This document shows positions 1-8,210 of a DNA stretch of 45,264 nt, piece by piece. The DNA is from Promethearchaeota archaeon (GTDB lineage Archaea; Asgardarchaeota; Lokiarchaeia; Sigyniarchaeales; SOKP01): positions 1-45,264 of the forward strand of contig JBHLMQ010000022.1 of assembly GCA_048938005.1 (NCBI GenBank), given 5' to 3'. The translations under genes were made by a program, and so were the position numbers. The notes under the pieces are model-generated. The model searched no databases and was not told where the DNA came from. It saw only the letters and a list, made by a program, of their open reading frames with translations. The first letter of the stretch is position 1. Every line of letters begins with the position of its first letter.

Positions 1-608
1 ACAGCTTCTCCTAAAGTCGCATATACTCGCATTACTTCCGTACCCGCGGTAAGGAGGGGAGCAGTATCAATTTTTTCTTTCTTCATCTCTTGCATAAATA
101 TTAGAGCATAGCGAAAAAGGACATATTTTTCTTTAAATATTAATTGAGTTGGTAATTCTGTAAATCCAATCTTAATTATATCCCATTTCTCTGAAGCATA
201 CTCATTTAGCTCTTGCCATAACTTCAGATTCAAAGTTGGAATATGAAGCTCCTCTGATTTAAATGTAGAATTTTCAATTTCATGAAGATATGGAGCTAAA
301 TCACTAAAACATCGTTTCCTTCCTTTCATCAATTTTGGACCAAACCTAAGTATAATTTTAAACGTTGAACGACCCGCCCCTGCTTCCTTTCTAGCTAGAT
401 ATATCCTTTTTATAGGATGCATCTGTGAAGATGGTGCTCCATTTAGTTGATCATTAAATCCAATTCCAAATAAATAAGCAAAACCTTCTTGTACTGAGGA
501 TTCATGATACTTAATAACTTGACCAGGATATTTTCGACAGAATTCTAAAAAAGCTCGTTCATGTTTTCCTGCCATGGGATTAAAGGTATGATCTTGAATA
601 CTAGACAT
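1..608 (-). CDS. Partial (runs off the window's left edge) reductive dehalogenase/epoxyqueuosine reductase-like Fe-S protein
   Basis: Not in the ORF track. I translated it by hand from ATG at 608 (MSSIQDHTFNPMAGKHE...) and it stays open to base 1. The segment IGFTELPTQLIFKEKYVLFRYALIFMQEMKKEKIDTAP...EVMRVYATLGEA resembles the region that precedes the cobalamin/4Fe-4S part of RdhA/QueG-like proteins. The Fe-S motifs would lie outside the window. Confidence 0.55.
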   Translation of the reverse strand, partial: MSSIQDHTFNPMAGKHERAFLEFCRKYPGQVIKYHESSVQEGFAYLFGIGFNDQLNGAPSSQMHPIKRIYLARKEAGAGRSTFKIILRFGPKLMKGRKRCFSDLAPYLHEIENSTFKSEELHIPTLNLKLWQELNEYASEKWDIIKIGFTELPTQLIFKEKYVLFRYALIFMQEMKKEKIDTAPLLTAGTEVMRVYATLGEA

Positions 609-733
609 AATAAAATAATATGAAAACAAGTATTTATTGATTTAAAAAAAAGGAATTTTTTCGTGAAACAGACCTTTTACGTATTTTTATATATCCCTAG
701 ATAATCCACTGATATTATTAGAATAATATAGTA

Positions 734-1042
734 TTATTGATTTGAACTTGGTGTTCTTGTAATTTTCGCAATTATTCTAGCGGTAGGATCTGGACATCGC
801 ACAAATTCAGTTGTAATTCCATTAGGATTAATTTTTTTTTCATAAGGTGTCTCACTATACGTCCACGGAAGTGTACCACCATATTTAAGAACACGAATCA
901 TAGAATTCATACTATCTAATAACCATTGGCAAATTTTACCATTATCTTCCGGATACTTAAATTTTTCTCCGACTTTATGACGTGTGCAAACACCATCACT
1001 TTCAAAAATTTCAATAACTATATCATAATTGAGATTTACCAT
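734..1042 (-). CDS. TIGR04076-like small Cys-rich protein
   Basis: 102 aa with C-x4-VGEKF, ICQW and a C-terminal CPDP, a pattern typical of this family. Confidence 0.7.
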   Translation of the reverse strand: MVNLNYDIVIEIFESDGVCTRHKVGEKFKYPEDNGKICQWLLDSMNSMIRVLKYGGTLPWTYSETPYEKKINPNGITTEFVRCPDPTARIIAKITRTPSSNQ

Positions 1043-1274
1043 TTAATTCACTTTTAAATTATGTGTTTTAGATTTAGAAAGAAAGGATTTCATATTTTTT
1101 TTATTACCTTATTTAGTTTTTCCTTTCTCTTATTAAAAATAAATCTATTTTTTTATTATTATTTCCTAGAGCATTTCTCTTTCTTCCTTGGAAGCTGTAT
1201 GCAATTTTTCATATAATCGCTCAATTTCTTCCAAGAATAATGTCCACTTAAAAAGTAAAGTGCGCCCTCCGGGA

Positions 1275-1304
1275 TTTTCCCGAGGAATCAAATATATTCC
1301 AAGA
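1275..1304 (-). other. tRNA intron 2 (30 nt, T-loop, most likely position 59/60)
   Basis: The outer helix is the T-stem CCGGG/CCCGG. The 3' bulge is AA^U, the central helix is UUCA/GGAA (one A.G mismatch), the 5' bulge is AU^U, and the inner hairpin is GGAAT/ATTCC. Removing it restores a 7-nt T-loop TTCAATT. Confidence 0.75.
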
Positions 1305-1324
1305 ATTGAACCCGGGTCGCTAGG

Positions 1325-1355
1325 ATCGCCTCTCTGGTTTCAAAAACACAGAGGT
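1325..1355 (-). other. tRNA intron 1 (31 nt; 38/39 register preferred, 37/38 = 1326..1356 possible)
   Basis: UGCC (33-36) pairs with intron GGCG as a central 4-bp helix flanked by AA^A and AU^C bulges, and there is an internal CTCTG/CAGAG stem. Confidence 0.75.
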
Positions 1356-1467
1356 TTGGCAACCTAGCATACTTACCACTATACTAAGAGCGCTATTTTA
1401 CAACAATAATAAAAAGATTTTAAAAAATTAAAATGTAATGATTCTTAAGAAAATTTATTAATATTTC

Positions 1468-1477
1468 AAAAAAAAAA
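1468..1477 (-). terminator. Oligo-T (T10) archaeal terminator candidate
   Basis: An A10 run on the + strand lies 4 nt past the stop codon of the 1482..2366 gene. Confidence 0.4.
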
Positions 1478-1481
1478 GAAT

Positions 1482-2366
1482 TTATTCTTGTTTTTTTAAT
1501 TCAATTAAAACATCCATTTTATCGGTAATTCCACGGTTCCTTGCCTTATTCAAAATGTATTTGTTTCTCTTTTCCTTAATTCTATCTAATATTATCAAAG
1601 CCGGAATGTTGGGGATTATCAGTATTATTGGAAACGGGATAAAAATTATTAGAGTAACAATAAACAGTGCAAGATCACCCCCAGTTTCAATGAAAAAAAT
1701 AGTGATAAACTCAACATAAGAGAGCAATACAGATACTCCAGCATATCCCTTTAAAAATTGTTCATACCATCTTCCAATAGATCTAATTTCAAAAGGTTTG
1801 TTTGTTTCCTCCAATTTCTTTTTATTTGAATATAATATTCCAGAATCCATTAGAAACCATGTTGGGGAGAATATTAGATTAGTTAAAACAGTTGTAAGGA
1901 TTAATATTACAACAAAAGCAACCACGTATTCATTAGCAGTTAAATCCTCGTCAGATATACTAAAGTTCCAAAGAGCAATACGAACAGTATCAGGATTCAA
2001 CAATAATAATGATATATTTATTGCCATTAAAGCAGAAAATAATCCTTGGGAAGCAAATTTAAATTTCTTATATTCAGGTTTAATATATATTCCATATTCA
2101 TATCGATTTCTAAACACTTTTGTATGTAAATAGAGAAATAGTGGACTAAATAAATATCCTCCAATTAATGTACCAATTATATATGAGATAGGTAAAAGTA
2201 AAATAGAAATCAATCCAATTTCCATACCAGCATCAGAGAAAGGGATAAGAGGTGTTAAATCTTGACCAAAACCTAAGATTCTAGATATTGCAATCGAAAT
2301 CGCTACCCAAAATACACCGTAAATACTAAAAATTATAAGAGAGTTTCTGTATTTATTCTCTTTCAT
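1482..2366 (-). CDS. Hypothetical polytopic membrane protein
   Basis: 294 aa with about 6 hydrophobic segments and no recognised motif. Confidence 0.75.
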   Translation of the reverse strand: MKENKYRNSLIIFSIYGVFWVAISIAISRILGFGQDLTPLIPFSDAGMEIGLISILLLPISYIIGTLIGGYLFSPLFLYLHTKVFRNRYEYGIYIKPEYKKFKFASQGLFSALMAINISLLLLNPDTVRIALWNFSISDEDLTANEYVVAFVVILILTTVLTNLIFSPTWFLMDSGILYSNKKKLEETNKPFEIRSIGRWYEQFLKGYAGVSVLLSYVEFITIFFIETGGDLALFIVTLIIFIPFPIILIIPNIPALIILDRIKEKRNKYILNKARNRGITDKMDVLIELKKQE

Positions 2367-2399
2367 AAAAGATTCTCTAATTAATTATTTTGATACGCT

Positions 2400-3422
2400 T
2401 TAAACAATTTCTGATATTACTTGTTTAATAGTATTATTATTTACAAAATTTTCTAGTTCCTGTATGCTATTAGGTAATCCTTCTCGGACACCAATTTCCT
2501 TACATTCTAAGAAGGACATAGCAGTAGCCATTTTTGATGTCTTCTCAAGTGAGAAGCTATTTAATAGAGAAATTAAAATTCCGGCCAAGAAGGCATCACC
2601 CGCCCCTGTAGTATCTTCAACTTTTCCCGCACTATAAACTCCGCTATTTATAATAATTTTACCATCAGAAATAATTGAACCAATAGGACCATCAGTAATA
2701 GAAATTAATTTTATCCCCATATCTAAGAAAATTTTAATCATTAAGGTCTTTTTATTTTCACCTGTAAACTCTTGAGCTTCTTCTAAATTCAACGACACTA
2801 CATCAGAATTAGAAATCAAAATTTTTGCCCATTCTGGAGCATTCTTTATAATTGACATACTTGGAGCCGCAAACACCATTCCTCCTTTGTTTTTTGTGAA
2901 AGTTATTGCTTTTTCTATAGCCTTACAAGCATCATCAGTAGTTAAAGAGGTCCAAGCAAATGCTTTGATATTATTAAATAATTCCTCTTTGATATCTGAA
3001 GGTTTTAATAGATTATTGGCGCCTTTATAGGCAAGAATACTGCGATCTTTACCCCAAGGTGTTTTTAATATTATGGACAGTGCTGTTGTGTCTTTATCAG
3101 TCTGAATAACTTGAGAAAGATCTACACCACGTTTCCTCAAATCTGTTAGACAAATATCTGCTGAAAAATCATTTCCCATTACACCAATATATGCACTTTT
3201 TAATCCTAACATAGAACAATTTGCAGCTATATTAGCACCTGACCCTCCCGGAGCAAATCTAACATCCTTTACATTCAATTTACGAGAATATTCAATAGCA
3301 GTATACTTTTTTATAATATCTTTATCAAATAATTCAAAGCGTAATATATCATCAATCTGAATTAAAATATCTAAAGTATTACTTCCAATTGTAACTAATT
3401 CTGGAAAATTCATATAATCCAC
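2400..3422 (-). CDS. PfkB/ribokinase-family carbohydrate kinase
   Basis: PGGSGANIA N-terminal signature, NLEEA, and the DTTGAGDAF anion-hole motif. Confidence 0.92.
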   Translation of the reverse strand: MDYMNFPELVTIGSNTLDILIQIDDILRFELFDKDIIKKYTAIEYSRKLNVKDVRFAPGGSGANIAANCSMLGLKSAYIGVMGNDFSADICLTDLRKRGVDLSQVIQTDKDTTALSIILKTPWGKDRSILAYKGANNLLKPSDIKEELFNNIKAFAWTSLTTDDACKAIEKAITFTKNKGGMVFAAPSMSIIKNAPEWAKILISNSDVVSLNLEEAQEFTGENKKTLMIKIFLDMGIKLISITDGPIGSIISDGKIIINSGVYSAGKVEDTTGAGDAFLAGILISLLNSFSLEKTSKMATAMSFLECKEIGVREGLPNSIQELENFVNNNTIKQVISEIV

Positions 3423-3526
3423 TTAAAAATATTAAATTTTAATTTAAAGAATATTGTAAAAATAGAATGAAGTCTTTTAATAATTTTGGAAAGAGGTGAG
3501 TATTAGAGAAGATAAAAAATATTTAT

Positions 3527-4147
3527 TTATTCATCTGATTTGAGACGATTTAATTCTTTCTCTAACTCGGCTATTTTTTCATCAGAAGCTGCCGTAGGTA
3601 ATGCCGCGCCCATTTCTACTTGAATTTCAGCATCAATTTCACCTAGAACTTCATTTACATCTGCATCGCTGACAGCCGTATCTAATGTAATACTATCTAT
3701 ACCATCTGTTGCGATTTCTGCGGTAACGGCGAAGTCTTCCATATCAACATCAATATTTTTCATGATTTCTGTAAGTTGTGGAATCGACATTTGGGCTTTT
3801 AAGGTTGCGAGAGATTTTGCTATTCCTACCATGATTTCAGATACATCTTTTACAGCATCAGCTTGCTCTAGTTTAAATAATAATCCTTCTAAGTTTGTCC
3901 TGAATCCATCTAAAGCACGAGCATGTTTTTTCGTTTGAAGATAATTTCTTGCATGGAATTTTGAGCCATCCATGTCACCTTGTTTTCGAAGACTCACTGC
4001 CTTATCTCTTGCTATTTTTGCGCTCATTTCCATCTTTTTTGTCTGCCGCATCAATTTTTTATTAAAAACTCTCAATTTAGTTGCTGGACGAACATCTTTT
4101 TTCCTACCTCCTGAAAGCCACTTAGAGATATCTTTTAGAAAACCCAT
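3527..4147 (-). CDS. vps2: ESCRT-III subunit, Vps2/24/46 (CHMP1-3)-like
   Basis: N-terminal amphipathic helix MGFLKDISKWLSGG (ATG at 4147 preferred over TTG at 4156), basic helical hairpin, acidic C-half and a C-terminal MIM1-like EKIAELEKELNRLK. It lies next to vps4. Confidence 0.88.
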   Translation of the reverse strand: MGFLKDISKWLSGGRKKDVRPATKLRVFNKKLMRQTKKMEMSAKIARDKAVSLRKQGDMDGSKFHARNYLQTKKHARALDGFRTNLEGLLFKLEQADAVKDVSEIMVGIAKSLATLKAQMSIPQLTEIMKNIDVDMEDFAVTAEIATDGIDSITLDTAVSDADVNEVLGEIDAEIQVEMGAALPTAASDEKIAELEKELNRLKSDE

Positions 4148-4425
4148 ATTTATCAAATCTAATTAGTAATTATATATTATATAAATATTTATTTACTAAT
4201 ATAATTTTTTGGAGACCAGTAATTATCCTCGTTGTTTAAACAGTAAATTTGATTTATGCTAATAAAATTATTATTATTGCAGAAGGATATTAAGAAATTT
4301 CATAGTTATGCAAAATCTTTGTCTCTACTTTTTTACCAACTATAAGTAAATATGATATATTCTCGATAAATATTATTTATATATAATAATTAATACAATA
4401 ATCAAAACAAGAAAAGATGAAATGA

Positions 4426-5643
4426 ATGTCCTCAGTCGATTCTAAATTATATCAATATGCTGTTAAAACAGCAAAAGAAGCAGTAGCTTTAGATAATCAA
4501 GGAAAGTTAAGACAAGCTATTAATATGTACTCTAGAGCTGCTGAAATCTTGATGCAATTTATGAAATATAATAAAAATCCTCAAATGAGAATGCTATGTC
4601 AAAGAAATATTGAAGAGTATGTTGATCGGGCCAGAATTTTGAAATCACATTTAAGTGGGGTGAGACCAAGGAGAGTAAGAGCTGCTGAAAGACCAAGTGA
4701 GGCACAAGATGCTGGAGCAGATTCTGAAGGAGTTGCTGTCTCATCAGAAGAACAGGAACTTATTGATATGATATCAGGAACAATAGTTACAGAATCACCA
4801 AATGTAAAATGGGATGATATTGCTGGATTACAAAATGTAAAGCAAGCTTTAAGAGAAGCAATCGTTTTACCAATAGTAAAACCAGAATTATTTAAAGGTG
4901 CGAGAAGACCTTGGTCAGGAATATTGCTATTTGGGCCTCCTGGATGTGGTAAGACTTTATTAGCAAAAGCCGCTGCAACTGAATGTAAAGCTACTTTTTT
5001 TAGTGCATCTTCAGCTGATTTATTAAGTAAATGGTTAGGTGAAAGTGAAAAGTTAATTAGTTCATTATTTAAAGTTGCTCGTTTAAAAGCACCTAGTTTA
5101 ATATTTATGGACGAAATAGATTCAGTAGCGACAAAGCGGGGAGAAGGTTCTGAAAGTGGAGGTGAAAGAAGGGTAAAAACGCAACTTTTAAGTGAAATTC
5201 AAGGATTAAAGTCGACTTTTGATAAACCATTATTAGTTTTAGGAGCCACAAACCGTCCTTGGGATATTGATAATGCTATGTTAAGTAGATTTGAAAAAAG
5301 AGTGCAAGTGCCTCTTCCAGATTTAAAGGCTCGAGCAGGAATTTTTAAAATTCATACTGAAGGAGTCAATTCAGCATTAACAGATGAGGATTTTATTGAA
5401 TTAGCTGTAAGGACTGAAGGTTATTCTGGTAGAGATATTGCAAATATCTGTCGTGAAGTGATTATGTTACCTATTCGTGAATTGGATATGAGTGGTCTTT
5501 TAGAAAATTCAGATAAAGAAGTAAAACTTAGAGATATCACATTGAAGGATTTCAAGAAAACACTTAAAAAAGTAAAACCGATGACTCACACGGCATTAAT
5601 GAAAAAATATAATGATTGGGCAGAGGAATTCGGAGAAGTATAA
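4426..5643 (+). CDS. vps4: Vps4 AAA+ ATPase with N-terminal MIT domain
   Basis: MIT helices (AKEAVALD...Y..AAE...EYVDRA), Walker A GPPGCGKT, pore loop SKWLGESEK, Walker B IFMDEID, SRH ATNRPW...SRFEKR and C-terminal helix ending EFG. Confidence 0.95.
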   Translation: MSSVDSKLYQYAVKTAKEAVALDNQGKLRQAINMYSRAAEILMQFMKYNKNPQMRMLCQRNIEEYVDRARILKSHLSGVRPRRVRAAERPSEAQDAGADSEGVAVSSEEQELIDMISGTIVTESPNVKWDDIAGLQNVKQALREAIVLPIVKPELFKGARRPWSGILLFGPPGCGKTLLAKAAATECKATFFSASSADLLSKWLGESEKLISSLFKVARLKAPSLIFMDEIDSVATKRGEGSESGGERRVKTQLLSEIQGLKSTFDKPLLVLGATNRPWDIDNAMLSRFEKRVQVPLPDLKARAGIFKIHTEGVNSALTDEDFIELAVRTEGYSGRDIANICREVIMLPIRELDMSGLLENSDKEVKLRDITLKDFKKTLKKVKPMTHTALMKKYNDWAEEFGEV

Positions 5644-5649
5644 AAATTT

Positions 5650-6555
5650 TTGATGATTAAAATGGAAAGGCAGAGAGAAAAAACTACAGAAATTCCTAAG
5701 GAAGTCAAAGAGAGAGCTGAAAAAGAGTTAGAGGAATTAAGGAAAGAGCTTGCTAGATTAAGAAAATTAAAGAAAGAAAAAGAACAGTTGGAAATAGAAG
5801 CAGCTCAAAAACAAATCATTAAGGAAGAAGAAATTAAGGCAACTGAGTTAAACTATATAGAAGAACAATTTGATAAACTTGAAGATATATTATCATCCAA
5901 GTTGGGTGAAATTGATCAAAAAGTATACCGCCAACATGCTGATCAGATCGAAGCAGAACTGCAAACCCTTGAAGAAGAAATTATTGGAGAAAAAGGTGTA
6001 ATAGAAAAAAAATTAACTGCTTACGAAAATTTATTGAAAGCTTATCCTTGGCTTAAGGAGGAACGTAAGAAGTTTATGTATACAATGCCAAACAAGAAGA
6101 AAAATAAAACTGATTACGTTTCTTGGAAAGTAGAATGGGCAAAAGTTCTTTTTGATTACGCAAGATTTGCTGTCTTACATATAATTTATATCAGAGAATT
6201 GAATTCTCAAAAGCCATTTTCAAATTTCACAAAACGAGAAGAATACATAAAGGAAATTGCAGAGGAATTAATAAGTCAAAATCAAGCGAAATGGCTCTCA
6301 AAAGAGAAAAAGAGATTAAGAGTATACTGGAAGACTTTAGAAGCTTGGTCAGACGAAATCTACAAATGGTGTTATGAAAATGGGAAAATCGAAACTATTA
6401 TGATATACGAATTACGAGAGGCATCTCAAGAAGATTTTAGTACACTTCCACTAGAAGATCTAGAAGAAATATTTAAAATCCTAGCAAAAAACCAAAGAGC
6501 TAAGGTATTTAAATTAGAAAATGGACAATTAGCATTTAAGATTAAACTGGAATAA
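5650..6555 (+). CDS. vps25: ESCRT-II Vps25-like protein with a long N-terminal coiled-coil extension
   Basis: The C-terminal ~170 aa show Vps25 tandem winged-helix features (W...WAKVLFDY; VYWKTLEAWSDEIYKW; TIMIYEL...F..L). It starts 6 bp after vps4. The true start may be ATG 5653 or 5662. Confidence 0.85.
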   Translation: MMIKMERQREKTTEIPKEVKERAEKELEELRKELARLRKLKKEKEQLEIEAAQKQIIKEEEIKATELNYIEEQFDKLEDILSSKLGEIDQKVYRQHADQIEAELQTLEEEIIGEKGVIEKKLTAYENLLKAYPWLKEERKKFMYTMPNKKKNKTDYVSWKVEWAKVLFDYARFAVLHIIYIRELNSQKPFSNFTKREEYIKEIAEELISQNQAKWLSKEKKRLRVYWKTLEAWSDEIYKWCYENGKIETIMIYELREASQEDFSTLPLEDLEEIFKILAKNQRAKVFKLENGQLAFKIKLE

Positions 6556-6570
6556 TATAAAATTCTTATT

Positions 6571-7284
6571 TTACAAAGAAGGGAAATACCATTGTTTCCC
6601 TGTTAGGATATTTTCCCTAAATTTAGCTACCCCACTCTTTTCGAGAGATTCTAAGGCTCGAAGAGCACGATCTTGCGACCATTCTAAATTAGCGCACACA
6701 TCTTCTAAAGTAAGAACTCCTTTCTCTTTAGCTAAATCAACAACTTTTGCTTCATCGCCTGTATATTGAATAGGAAAAAACCGTACAATAATAGCTCCTG
6801 AATCTAATTGGATAATATCTTCAATAACTCTTGTCTTTTTCAACATTTTCAACGCCTTTTCAACATCTTTTATTTCGACATTCCCTTTCAAAATACCCGT
6901 ATTTACTAGTTCAAACACTTCTGATAATGGGATTATGCCTCCAGTTTCTTCTTTACTCATCAAAACTCTCTGATATGCTAACATCCCTAACTTCTCGTGA
7001 TCAATTTTGGAGAATTTCCTCAATACATCATGCTCTGTAATTTGTTCAGTAATAATTTTTGAAGATGGAATGTTATATTTTTTTTGCAATTCTTTTACTT
7101 CTTCTCTTAATTCTGGTGTTAAAGCTAATAAAACTCCATGTTTCTTAGCTAATTCTCTAAGATTATCTTTTGTAAATTTTTCAACTGCAGCTTTTGCTTG
7201 TATATCTTTCATTTTCAGTTCTGCTGCCTTCTTTTTCATCGCTTCTTTTAAATCAATCTCATCTTCTATCTTTCGAATGCCCAT
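6571..7284 (-). CDS. vps22: ESCRT-II EAP30 domain protein (Vps22/Vps36-like)
   Basis: N-terminal helix MGIRKI, TGGIIPLSEV, KDVEKALKML, second winged helix (WSQDRALRALESL..G) and C-terminal WYFP. It is convergent with vps25. Confidence 0.85.
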   Translation of the reverse strand: MGIRKIEDEIDLKEAMKKKAAELKMKDIQAKAAVEKFTKDNLRELAKKHGVLLALTPELREEVKELQKKYNIPSSKIITEQITEHDVLRKFSKIDHEKLGMLAYQRVLMSKEETGGIIPLSEVFELVNTGILKGNVEIKDVEKALKMLKKTRVIEDIIQLDSGAIIVRFFPIQYTGDEAKVVDLAKEKGVLTLEDVCANLEWSQDRALRALESLEKSGVAKFRENILTGKQWYFPSL

Positions 7285-7363
7285 TTTTAGATAACACTAT
7301 TTTTTAATACCTTTATTGATTAATAATAATAAAACTTCTTATTTCTTTTTATTTTTATTAACA

Positions 7364-7942
7364 ATGAGCAATATTTTGAGTTTTAGACAGATCAACGAAA
7401 TTGAAAAAGAAATAATGATTACTTCTCTTTCAAAGATCTCTTCAGAATTTTCACAGATTATTGAGAATTATAGAACATTTTTATATATTTCAATAGAAAG
7501 GGCAGTATCTAAAAACAAATTTCCCAATATTTTTTTAATTTCAAAAGATCAAGTTAGGTTATTACATTCTTTAAACAACAATAAAATTATCTCAGCCGGT
7601 TTATATTTTGGATTTATCAAGAAAGGTAATTTTTATTTAAGCTTAGAAGGTGCGGAATTTCTATATAAACAAGATATTTTTTCTGATTTTAAAAGACTTT
7701 ATATTAACGAGAAAGGAGAAAAGTCTATTCTATATGGAAATAATATTTTAAAAAAAATGGTTATCAAACCACCTTCAAATCTCCAGAAACAAGATTTTTT
7801 ATTAGTCTTTAACGAAATTGATGAAATAATAGCTATTGCCCAATCTAAAGTTGAGAATATAAAGTTCAAACAGTTAAAATCTAATGAAATTATTGCTGTT
7901 AACTTAAGTGATAAAGGACTTTATTTAAGGAAAAAGCAATAA
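7364..7942 (+). CDS. nip7: NIP7-like ribosome biogenesis protein (PUA domain)
   Basis: SAGLYFG...FYLSLEG, EKSILYGNNILK, LVFNE and C-terminal DKGLYLR. ATG 7364 is preferred over TTG 7316. Confidence 0.8.
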   Translation: MSNILSFRQINEIEKEIMITSLSKISSEFSQIIENYRTFLYISIERAVSKNKFPNIFLISKDQVRLLHSLNNNKIISAGLYFGFIKKGNFYLSLEGAEFLYKQDIFSDFKRLYINEKGEKSILYGNNILKKMVIKPPSNLQKQDFLLVFNEIDEIIAIAQSKVENIKFKQLKSNEIIAVNLSDKGLYLRKKQ

Positions 7943-7980
7943 AAAACATAGTTAGTATATTTCAAAATATAAAAATATAA

Positions 7981-7998
7981 GGACTAAATTTTGACAAA
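7981..7998. repeat. 18-bp dispersed motif, copy 1 (GGACTAAATTTTGACAAA)
   Basis: Matches copies at 8129..8146 and 10809..10826; consensus RGACYAAAWTTYKACAAA. Confidence 0.45.
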
Positions 7999-8128
7999 CT
8001 ACAATTTTGTAAAAGATTTTTATACCTTTGATTCGTTTAAAGGGAGGATTTCACCCTAGTTTCTCCCAAAACCTTTAAGTTAAATTAATGCATGAATTAT
8101 TTCATTTTTTGTAAATATAAATTCATTA

Positions 8129-8146
8129 GGACCAAATTTTTACAAA
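8129..8146. repeat. 18-bp dispersed motif, copy 2 (GGACCAAATTTTTACAAA)
   Basis: 16/18 identical to copy 1. Confidence 0.45.
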
Positions 8147-8210
8147 AAGTCATAAAAAGAGAAAAAAACGTTATTAATTTTCAAAAAATATGATTCTTTA
8201 AATTTGTGAA

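Larger units (their letters stand above)
1261..1393 (-). tRNA. tRNA-Gly: tRNA-Gly(GCC) with two introns (31 nt in the anticodon loop, 30 nt in the T-loop); CCA not encoded
   Basis: The reverse complement reads GCGCTCT-TA-GTATAGTGGTAAGTAT-G-CTAGG-TTGCCAA[31 nt]-CCTAG-CGAC-CCGGG-TTCAAT[30 nt]T-CCCGG-AGGGCGC-A. Acceptor, anticodon and T stems all pair. The anticodon GCC is at 1360-1358. Confidence 0.92.

Noticed and set aside
1043-1393. Integrated mobile element at tRNA-Gly
   Set aside because: I saw no integrase and no duplicated tRNA 3' end within the window.
7981-8146. CRISPR array or replication-origin (ORB) repeats
   Set aside because: Only two copies lie here, 148 bp apart. There are no regular spacers, no cas or cdc6/orc1 gene, and no ORB G-string.
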